Of a DNA stretch of 64,000 bases, positions 52,948-64,000 are shown one piece after another. The notes beneath the pieces are model-generated. The model searched no databases. It was given only the letters and a program-made list of their open reading frames with translations, and was not told where the DNA came from. Within the stretch, counting starts at the first letter, position 1; each line of letters begins with the position of its first letter. The stretch is taken from NCBI GenBank assembly GCA_050613775.1, contig JBODTK010000014.1:1116001-1180000 (forward strand), in the 5' to 3' direction. This DNA is from Neocallimastix sp. 'constans' (Eukaryota). Made by a program: the position numbers and the translations under genes.

Positions 52948-53359
52948 AAATTGTCTACTCTAAGATAGCAATTTATATATGAAATTAAGTGTAGTTCTCC
53001 ATAAGAGAAGAATTCTTAATTGAAGATAAATTGACTCTTAACATTATAATTATTTTTATATTTAAAGAAAATTTTATATTTAATGTATTGATTATTAAAA
53101 TATACATTTATATAATTTAAATATCCATGAAAAAAATTATAAAAATTTTAATAAAATTTTAATTAAATTTTTTAATAATAATTTTTTTTTCAAATCTTGA
53201 AATTGAAATTTCGAAATTGAATTGTAAAATTTAAAATTAATTTTCTAAAAATTAATTTTAGCATGAATTTAAAAATTTTATATACATAATATATAAATTT
53301 GAAAGTGTTTATTTTTTTGTTTTATTATTTTTGTATACTATTCATTATATAGTAAAATG

Positions 53360-56300
53360 TTTTTAATATACACATTTCGCTGTAATATAATTCCAATAAT
53401 TAATGGTTACTAATTTTTTATTAACAGCTTCTTTAATCCAACGTTGATGTTCCAAGAATCTCTCGATAAGAAGCTCATTCATAGTTCTTTTAATTGTTTC
53501 CTTAATAGAATTCCTAATGTTAATTTCAATAGATAGTAAGTCTTCTCTTCTATATAATAATTCAAAACTAGAGTATCCTGATACTGACGATCTTGATATT
53601 CGTAAAGCCCATAACACTTAAGGTAGTAGTAATCCCAATTCTCATTATCTTCTACAAAATTTCTAAGTTTCTTATCGATTTCCCTATTTCTATTTTCTAC
53701 AAGTTTATTAGAAGATGGGTGATAAACTGAAACAAAATGAATATATATCCCATACAAATCTAAAATATTTTGGTACTATCTGAATTTAATTAAGGTCCAC
53801 TATCCATATTTATAACTTGTGGAAGTTCGTGTCTACTAAATACTTCAATTAGGAATTTTGTTACGTCTCGAAAAGTTACTGAAACTGTTTTGCTTCTACA
53901 TTAGTAACAATATTACCATTACCAAGTTGATATACAATATTAACTTGAAGTTGACGAAAAAGATTACACCAACGAGAATGTTTACTAGTAGCAGGTTCTA
54001 ACTTCTTAATAATAGAAACTAAAGGTAAGTGGTCAGTATATAAAATTGTCTGAAATGGATTACTAAGTATATATGGTATAAATTTATTAATACAATAGTA
54101 TGCAGCGACACCCTCTAATTCTGAATGGCATAATTTCTTTCTGATATGGTTAGAGAGCGGCTAACAAAATAAACTGGATGTTCTATATTATCATCATATA
54201 ATTGTAGTAATACACTACCAATACCATTAAAACTAGTATCAGAACGGATGATAAATGGTTTATCAAATCTTGGGTAGCAAAGAATAGGTGCATTAACTAA
54301 CGCGTTTATCAATTTATGGAAACTTTCAGTATGTTCCAATGTCCAGACATATTCTACGTTTTTCCTTAATAATTTACATAATGGAGCTGATATTAACGCA
54401 TAATTATCAATAAAATTTCTATAGTAACCGACTATACCTAGAAAAGAACGCAACTCCGTAATACTATTTGGAATATTCATCTTACTAATGGTTTCCACTT
54501 TCTTCTTAATAGGTAATAAACCTTTAATTGTTACTTTATGTCCTAAAGCCTCTACTTCATATCTGTAAAAATGACATTTTTCAATATTTAATTTTAATTT
54601 ATATTTTCTTAAAATATTAAATACTTCTTTTAAGTCTAATAAATGTTGTTCTACATTAGAGGAATAAACAATAATATCATCAAGATATATTTGTACAAAA
54701 TTATTAATTAAAAAGAAAAATATTCCATTCATTTCCCTCTGAAAAGTGGCCGATGTATTCGTTAACCCAAACGGTATCACATTAAAATAAAAGATACCAT
54801 ATTTTATAGTAAAGGAGGTAACTTCTTGATCATTAACAAACGTAGGATTTTGATGATATCCACTAATTAAATCAATAGTTGAGAAAATAGTAGTATCCTT
54901 TAGAGCGTCGAATATTTCTTGAATTTTTTGTAGTGAATACGCATCTTTTATTGTACCAATACAATAGGAGACGACCATGGAGAGTGGGAAGGAGAAATTA
55001 ATCCTTTATCAATTAATTTTTTTAATTCTTCTTTCAATGCTGTTAATTGAATATGGGATAATTTATATGCTCTTTGTTTAATAGGTTTTGCTTCATCTAC
55101 CAGTTCGATATGATATGGTAATAATTTGGATGGTTCCAAATCATCTGAAGATATTGCAACGGTATCATTAAATGTTATTAATATATTTCTTAATTCTGAT
55201 TTTATTATATCTTCCTAAATATCCATACCTTCTATAACTGATTCTATAATAGCTCTTTTATCATCTTTTATGGTTGTAAAAATAGTATTAACAGATATTG
55301 AGAAATTATCATAATATAAATAATATAAGGCTTGTGAATGAAACATGGATATATCCTCTATTGGAACTAAGAGAACTAATTTATTTTCTTTATTTTTAAT
55401 TGATAAGTATTTGTCCAAAGTATCTTCAATAATTCAATGATCATGCTGAGTTTTCAAAGCAATAATAATTTCATAAAAGGAGTCTTCTTTTTCAGATATT
55501 TTAAAATTACTTGAAATCTTTAAATTTCCTATATTAACATCTAATTGAACTATTTCATATACACGTTCTTTAGTATCAGACATAGCTTGATGAACTTTAC
55601 TTGCAACTGAACCAACTATTTTATAATTTTTAATAGAATTATTTAAAAAGTTACAAGTGACTAAATTCACATTGCTACATCCATCAATAAGAACAGCTGC
55701 AGGAGCTCCATTAACAAAACCTTTAACAACAGCAATATCATGTTCTTGTACGTTTTTACTATTATTATCATGAGAAGGGTTATTCACAATTTCTAAATCT
55801 GTTAAAGTATTAGGAGAATCTGTTAGTCCTACTATAATTTCATCATCACCTTTAGATTTCCTAAAACTTTTAGTCACATCCGAATGTAAGGAACTACTTA
55901 TATTAAATAATTGAGCTAACATAATATGAGCTGAAGTATTCTTCAATTCCTCTAATATGTTGTATGACTTTACTCCATCCATTAATTGAATTATTTGATT
56001 AACTATAGGTGGTTTATTGTCTATTTTAATTTAATTATTTTTATTATTTTCATTAAAATTTAAAGAGTTTTTATTATATTGATTTGTTTCCTTACAGAAA
56101 AATTATTTTCATTATCATTGTTAATAATTATATTATTTTTAATTGGAATATCATTATGAACATTGATATTATCTGTATTACTTCTTGAATGTGTTTTAAA
56201 ACTTGGTTTGGCAAAATTTTGTAATGGTTTATTTGTTTCCTATAGATTAGATTTATTAATTTTTATATAATTATTTTTATTATTCGAATTATTATCAGTT

Positions 56301-57274
56301 TTATTGTTTAAATTGTTAAATTCATTATAATTATTTGTATTATTAATAATTTTATTATTAGCAGTTCTTTTAGAATCTGATAATAATGTAGAATATTTTT
56401 CATCTCTACTACGTTTTGCAGCTGCAATTATATCGTGGTATCTATCATTCCAACTATTAACTACAAATATACTAGGATTATAATTTTGATTAAAGGAAGT
56501 TAGCCTTCTTCCCTTATCAAGTTTCTTTGTGAATATAAGGAATTAATGTAATTTTCATAATTTGGATCATTTTAGAACCTAGCAAAAGCAACGCAATTAG
56601 TAATTAGGGAATAGTGTAAAATTTGAATTATTATTATATTGATCCATGAAGGTATTATTAGAATTTAATCTACCAGATTGGAAAAAATTATTTCTTCTAT
56701 TATAGTTACTGGTATTACCATAAGAACTCCACATTTCTTGGTTTCCTTATGTTTCATTTAATATATTTTCAATACTTCTCGGCTAAGTTACAGACAGTTT
56801 CGAGGTCAGAAGCTTAAGCCATGGAGACTCTTTCATAAATCTTACTACGAATTCTCAAGGTATTTTCATAATCAATTACTGAAACGGCGGATTGATCTGT
56901 AGAATCTATCTGATCATATAGATCTAAGAATCTTGTATTAAAGTCATAGATACTTTCATTTAGATTGATCATAATTTTCTTAATTTGTCGTAATTTGTCT
57001 TCTTTCATATTTTCTCTCCAATATTTTTTTTTAATCAAGGTTACACATTCATCTAGTGTTAGAATACGACCCAACTTAATTCGCTTTGAGTGAGGGACCC
57101 TAACAATATCATCCTCACAAGCTGTATAATATAACTAAATTTACCTTCATCACTAAATATGCGCTCTCTTCTAAACCAGTCAGTAATACGGAACTTCTCG
57201 ATCTCCGCATCTTTATGAACACCTTCAATCCTTGGTAGAATTCTAGTATCAACATCATTATTATCCACTAGATC
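53360..57274 (-). pseudogene. gag-pol: Gypsy element I gag-pol, decayed with internal deletions
   Basis: ESIYDFNTRF gag; LIDGCSNVN protease; WSSPIVLV; YLDD; RSFLGIVGYYR; IRSDTS; integrase YHPSSN..VENRNRE. Confidence 0.88.
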
Positions 57275-57603
57275 TTAAACTTTAGTGGGAATATTGGAAA
57301 TAAAGTTTAATATCATAAATAATGACTAATAATTTAGTATGTGTAACTTTGATTAGTATATTTATTTATATTAAATTATAAAATTATATTTGTATGTTAT
57401 GTAAATGTATGAGGTGCATACATGACATACATCAGAGATTTCATGTACAAACAAGTATAGTAAAATTAAGTTTTTAAGTAAAGTAAATGATTATAATCAT
57501 AAATAATATAATTAAAATTAATAAAAACTTTTAATAATAATAATAATTATATATAATTAATAAAGAAATCATACATTCCAAAAATAAACATAAATTCTTA
57601 ATA
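57271..57603 (+). repeat. Copia E-family 3' end: last codons, PPT and LTR (57292-57603)
   Basis: GATCTTAAACTTTAG-TGGGAA, then a diverged copy of the E LTR ending TTCTTAATA. Confidence 0.85.
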
Positions 57604-57864
57604 TTTTCAAATAAGGAAAATCAAAAATTATTTATATTAAAGTTCCAAATCTTAATAATAACATTTTAGGATAAGATTTAAGGGAAAAATCTAAAAAACT
57701 TAATGACCAATTATTAATAAAATTGATTATATGTTAGTTGAATAAAAACAGATTTTTTCCAATCGGAAAACTTCAATTAACATTTATTTTATTTAAACAA
57801 TATCAATTTTAAATTACATTTTTAATATTTAATTAATTTTTGTCATAAATATCATATTAAGAAT

Positions 57865-60800
57865 AATACTGAGAGAATACAAAGTATTTCCTTCTCTTTG
57901 TTTAATTTTATATAAACACATGCTTCGCTTTTTATTCTATTTTTATCAATTCTTCATTGAGTTTATCATTCCATTCTTTACCAGCCTGTTTTAGGCCGTA
58001 AAGAGTTTTGTGAAGTTCCCAAAAAGATTTTCTGTAAGGTGGATGTATCTCTGGTGCTTTCATGTATATATACTCATTTAATGGTGCATTTAAATATGTT
58101 GAATTGATGTCTTTTTGAATAATATTAGAATTTTTTTGCACTGAGATAACTGTAATGATTCGAATTGTGTCTTGTTTAAGTGTTGGTGCAAATGTTTCTT
58201 TGTAGTCGATACTGTACTGTTGAGTGTATCCTTTGGCAACTAACCTTGCTTTTCTTTTAATAACATTTCAGCTTGCATCCCTTTTATATTTAAATACCCA
58301 ACGTGATGATATAATGTTGGATCCTGATGGTACTGTTTTAACGATTTTATAAACATTAAGATTTTTCATTATTTCTAATTCTTTCTTGACTGCATTTAGC
58401 CATTTTATTTTATCCTTAAATTTGAATATATCTTTGAAATTATTTGGTTCAATCAATGCATTTTCATTAGTTTTCATTTCTGATTCATCAATATTGTTTA
58501 TTTTTTTTCTTTTATTTGAATTAATTGTATAATTATTTAAATTCCTTTTTAGATTTTCATGATTTTGGTAGTTTGTATTTTTCTGCTTATTTGTGTTATA
58601 TATTATTGATGCTATTAATTTCTTGTTGGTTTTCTGTTGATATTTTATTATTATCATTTTTAGTTGTAATTTAATATTTCATTATTAATATTGATTGAAT
58701 TATTATTGAAATTGTAATCATTTGAACTTAATGATTTTTGATTGAAAGTATTGTTGTTGCTATTATTGATTGTATTATTGTCAGTAGTATTGTTACTATT
58801 TTTATTATTATTATTTTGATTACTATTATTAATAATAATATTTTCGTTATTATTTTGATAATTGGAATAATATTTATGACTAATTCTATTTGTTTTGGAA
58901 GATTTATTTTTGGAATGATTCTTAATTTTTTTAGTCTGGTTAGTATTTATTGTAACATTTCTTTCATTAATAATGCCAGTTATTTTATTATTATAATAAT
59001 TAATTTCATTACTGTATCTAAATCGATTTAGACAACTGTTCTCCCTGAATTTGTTATTAGAATGAATACGATTTAAAAAGGAATTTCCTGGTTCGTTTTC
59101 CATAAATTCTACAGTGCCAGATTAAATGATTTTATTATTGATAACATCTTGAATTTTGTAAATGGAAGGATGATCTCAATATCCAAGAAAAATACTAGGA
59201 TGTGAATTATTGTCAAATTTTGATCTTAGTTCCTTTGGCACAAAGAAATAGACTCTACATCCGAATACTCTGAATATATTGTAATCCACAGGCTTATTAT
59301 AAAATACTTCAAATGGAATTTTGTTTTGAATGCCTTGGTTGGGAAGTCGATTATGAATATAGTTTGCAGTATCCACAGCAAACTCCAAAAAATCATGCTG
59401 AGTTTAGCGTCGTTAAGAAGTGATTTTGAAGAATCAGTAAGTATACCATTAAATCTTTCAGACCTTCCATTTTGAGAAGAGTTATAAGGTACTGAAAACT
59501 GGTGATTGATTCCATTTTCTTCACAGAAAAGTTGAAATTTACTATTTTGGAATTCCTTCCAATTATCTGACCGAATTGCTTTGATATTTATATTTAATGA
59601 ATTATAAATTTTATTATACCAAATAATAAATTTTTTAAAGAAGTCATTTTTATTTTTGGTGAAGATATCAAGAGTAGTTATCTAAAATTGTAAGAAATAT
59701 TTATTGTTAGTTATTGAAGGAGTGACAGGTCCCACAAGATCTAAATGTATTAATTCTAAAATTTGTTTAGTTTTATTGATAGATGGATTAAATGACTTAT
59801 TTTTTAATTTAGAATTAATATATACTGGACATTTTAATTTAAGGATGATATTACTTAACTTATTTTTGATTTTAGAAATATCATAATAACCTAGGTGTCT
59901 ATGCCAAAGGTCTATTACTTGTTGATTATTTGATTGTGTATAATTGATTTCGTTATTTTTTGTTAAATTTAAAATTGTTTGGTGTTCGGAAGTGAAAATT
60001 TGATATGTATTTTTATCATTAGATAAAGATTTATAAATTCTATTTCCATTATTATCGTAAATTAATGCTTGTGGAGAATTGTCATAATTATTGAATATTA
60101 CTTTATAATTTTGAGATATTAATTGATTGATTGAAATTAAGTTTCTCTTAATATATCTTGAATTATAAACATTTTTTAAAATAAATTTATTATTGTTAGT
60201 GAATCCTACAAAATCGAAACTCAAATAATACTTCTTTTCCATTCGCTAGTAAAATTTTTGTTTTACGTTTTTTAATGTTAGTAAGAAATCTGATGTCATT
60301 GATAGTGCTGATTGATGCACCTGAATTATTATATATATTGCTATTTTCGTTATTTTTATTATTTATTGTTTCTAAACAATTAATTTCGATTGCATTATCA
60401 GAGTTATAATCTTTAGAAAAATCTTCTAAGTAATTGTCTTTATAGTTGTTGCAATTACTTATCGAGTATAAATGCTTGTTATTAGTTTTATCTTTATTAT
60501 ATTTTTTGTTCAATTTTCTTTGAATTTTCATTATTTTATTTTCATTGCTTTGTTTCAAGAGCTTATTTCTTTTATATTTGTAACATTCCTTTTTGTAGTG
60601 GCCGTATTTTCCACATAGGAAACATTTTCCGTTTTTTCTTCGTCTTATTTTTAAATACTTATTATTTTGTTTATTTTTGTTTTCAATTTGTAAATAAAAA
60701 TAATTTTTGCGTTTTCTTCTTGAAGTTTTCTTTACTTGATGTTTGAGAAAAGAATGTTTGGTATTATTCTTTTTACGTAGTTGCAACATTTTATCCCTTC

Positions 60801-61210
60801 ATTATTGAATTGGAAAACATTAATCCACCGTAGATTTTCAGGTAAAGCTCTATTCAGAATTCCTACTTTTACTTTATCACTCATATTTGTATCGACAATT
60901 TCCAATTCATCGATCATATTTTGGAGTATTGCAAGGCAAATATGTATATCACAGTCTGTGGTAAATTTTAATCTGTTTAATTTATTTCGTAATATCATTT
61001 TTTGATGTTCTTCTCCTAAAGTGAAGGAATCTTGAAAAAAGTTCCACATTTCGAAGGCGATCTTACTATGGCTTTTATTATTTCTTTTGTTTTCTTTCCC
61101 AAACTATTATTAATTAACCATTTAACCATTATGTCATTCTTGATATTTGCTTGGGTTGTCCCAATATCGTAAACAAGAGAATTATTAAATTTATCTTTAA
61201 TGTACGTAAA
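57865..61210 (-). pseudogene. gag-pol: Copia J gag-pol (A/D family), truncated in RT and at the gag N-terminus
   Basis: KVGILNRALPENLRW; CFLCGKYGHYKKEC; LWHRHLG; HLDLVGP; SSRWVFKYKR; LYGLKQAG. Confidence 0.9.
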
Positions 61211-61690
61211 AATAAATTGTAATTCATTTTTGATTGGTTCTATTTTCAGTAACAATTAATTATTAATCTACCTATATAGATTTTCAATGATTAGTATTTA
61301 TAAAATTTAATAAAAATTTAATTTAAAAATATTAATATACATTTTTTTTAATATTGCGGGAGAATTTAGTATAATTTTTATTATTACTAAACATATTATT
61401 TTGTTTCTTTTATTAAATAATATGAATGTGATCACGTTCCTATTGTTTTTTAATAATAAATTATTTTTATTAATATTTATTGCAAAGTATTGTATAAATT
61501 TATATTACTAATAATAATATAAAGAGATCAATTTATTTATACTAAGCTCATCTAAAAAAAAGTTTTTTTTATTATTGTGAAAATGATTATAATATTGGTT
61601 ATTCATATTTAATATATTATTGTCATTTCGTTTTAATTAAAATCTTTATTTTAATTATTTATTATATAATTGAATTTTTTTTATTATATT

Positions 61691-61845
61691 ATTCCCAGCT
61701 TATAGAGAATAGCTGACATTTTATGTTCTTTTATTCTCAGCTTATATAGTATAACTGGCATATTATGTTCTTTATTTTCAGCTTGTGTCCAATAGCTGAC
61801 CTTGTGTTTCATTCTCAGCTTATATCTAATAGCTGACATTTTATT
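61691..61845. repeat. Array of four CAGCT-N10-AGCTG palindromes, period 37-42 bp
   Basis: Units start at 61691, 61733, 61774 and 61811. Confidence 0.85.
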
Positions 61846-62072
61846 TATTTTCAATTTTAATTATATTGAAATTGCACTTCTTTATATAATTATTTTAAAT
61901 ATTAAAGATTATATTTTATTTTTTGTTCTATAGTTTATAAATACATATATATATAATTAAATAATTAATATTTAATACTAAATAAATAAATTTCAAATTT
62001 ATTTAATGTTGAAATTTTTTTTTTAAATTTTAAAGAAATACTTAGCTTTCATATGGATTAATTGGTTGAGAC

Positions 62073-62365
62073 TGAGACTCTTAATTTGTCAAAAATATCG
62101 TATTAAGAAACACTTAAACAAACTATGATAAACACAATAGTAATTATATATGGATCAATAGTTCTTCTAAGAAAAGTATTTTATTTTAACATATTTATAA
62201 CAGTATAAAATTTTATTTTTAAATTTTTATTTTTTAAGTACAAGATATATTTTATAAATAATAATTTCATGATTTTTTTATACTTTTCATTTTAAATATT
62301 AATATAAGTAATTGGTAATTATTTATATTAAAAATAGATTAATTAAATTAATTATTATTTTGACA
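62073..62365 (-). repeat. Copia 5' LTR (62087-62365) and tRNA-Lys-type PBS (62073-62086)
   Basis: 8-bp inverted termini TGTCAAAA/TTTTGACA; element sense ...TTGACA-AATTAAGAGTCTCA. Confidence 0.7.
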
Positions 62366-64000
62366 ATTTTAAACATTAAATATTCTATATTCATTTGATT
62401 TGTAATATTTATATTTTTTTAATATAATTTTTAATTTTTATATTTAGTTTTAAATTTCAATTCTTTAATTTATGATAAGTTTTTAAAATTATATTAATTT
62501 AACATTTATTTATATTAAATCTAAAATTTGTTTATCAAATGAATTTTAACAAATATAAAAAGTATTAATGTTTAATTATTTTAATATTATTATATTATAC
62601 AATGCTAAAGAATAATAATTTTTACGATATTAATTATGTATTATATATAATAATATTATATTAAAAATATTTTATAATAATTTTAACAATTTTTTTTAAA
62701 TAATTATAATTTTATTTAATAAAGATTAATAATAATTTTTTATTTGATAAAAATTAATTACTATTTTTTACAGTTGATTATTTATTACTATTATTCTTAA
62801 TTTACAAAATTAGATTTTGTATAAGTGAATAAAAGTATAAATACGAAATAAAATAAGATTAAAAATTTAAATAAAAATATTTTATTAGAAACCCTAAAAT
62901 TCTTTTATAAGAAACTTTGATTTAATTTTAAAATTTATAATTTTATTTATTTAATTATTAATTTTTATATAAATTAATAAAGAAAATTGATTATTAAAAC
63001 TGATAAACTAAATAATAAAACATTTATTATTTAAATTAATTTATAGAATTAAATAATAAAAAATTTGATTATTAAAACTAATACTAATTTATCTAAAATT
63101 TTAGTAATGAAAAAACTAATAAACTATTATTTATTATTTATTACATATACTAAATTATCTAATATTTTAATAATTAAGTATAATTTTAAGAAATATTCAC
63201 AAGTTTTTATATTATTATTTAAACTATTTACACTAAACAATAAAATAAATAAAAGAATTAATTGTGATAAACATTTACAAATATTAAAAAAATGAAGTTA
63301 TTTTAAAAATAATTAAAATTGAAGTTATAAAATAAATAAATATTATTATAAAAAATTTAAAGTAATTTTAAAACTATGTAATTATAAGATTTTAGAATTT
63401 TTTTTGTTTATAAATATTGTTTATAAAAGTTTATATAAAAAATTATTTATTAATTGTTTACAAGTTTATTATTTTATTTATTTAAATTTTATTAATATAA
63501 AAAATATTAATTATTAATTTATTTTAGTTTTTAATTAAAATAGCTAATGATTAATTAGATTATTATTATTTTTAATTTAATTTAATTTTATATAATTAAA
63601 TTTTTAGAATGGATTTCTGTTTTAAAAGAATTAATTTATTGGATTAAGTTAAATAAGAATTTGCTATTTATTAATCATTTTGAATTTATAATTTCATTGT
63701 TTATCATTGTAGATATAAAGAATTAATTAAAAATATATAAATATATTAATAATTAATTCTTTCTATAATTAATAATAAGTATATTATTAATTGAGAAAAA
63801 AATAAAAAATAAAAATGAAAGTGAAAATTTATTTAAATTTATTTGAGTCTATTATTAAATTATAATAAGCAACACCAAAAATTAATATTGAATGTGTTAA
63901 AAATTTGTTTTGTTATAAAACTATTTTATTAAAAGTATTTTTAAAATATCTTGTGGTAATTATTATAATTTCTTATAATAATAATTCTTGATTATTTTTA

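Noticed and set aside
1152..60000. Many short antisense ORFs overlapping pol genes
   Set aside because: They are shadow ORFs of retroelement coding strands with no independent motifs.
61691..61845. CRISPR array
   Set aside because: There are no unique spacers between repeats, the context is eukaryotic TE DNA, and no cas genes are present.
62068..62090. tRNA-Lys gene (TGAGACTCTTAAT on +)
   Set aside because: Only the anticodon arm is present, with no D arm, T arm or acceptor stem. It abuts an LTR end, so it is a minus-strand PBS.

Overview
This is an extremely AT-rich eukaryotic window (roughly 80% AT by eye). The composition and TE content suggest an anaerobic gut fungus (Neocallimastigomycota), but that is inference. 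I recognised no host gene, rRNA or tRNA gene. The window is a nested, fragmented cluster of Ty1/Copia and Ty3/Gypsy LTR retrotransposons, solo LTRs and one MULE transposase remnant. Two Copia copies have both LTRs and target-site duplications (TSDs): 6453-11551 (TSD ATTAT) and 28626-35020 (TSD ACACT, with an internal inversion). The main signals are: (1) Copia primer-binding sites (PBS) complementary to the anticodon arm of tRNA-Lys(CUU), implying half-tRNA-Lys priming; (2) Tf1-like self-priming signatures in two Gypsy LTRs; (3) a candidate recoding cassette at a Copia gag-pol junction (AAA UUU CGU UGA followed by a GNRA hairpin); (4) a 1.4-kb inversion and two chimeric junctions that all fall on GATC; (5) a ~250-nt rod-like structured island and a fixed-spacing palindrome array. 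All alignments were done by eye, and boundaries without a TSD are approximate.
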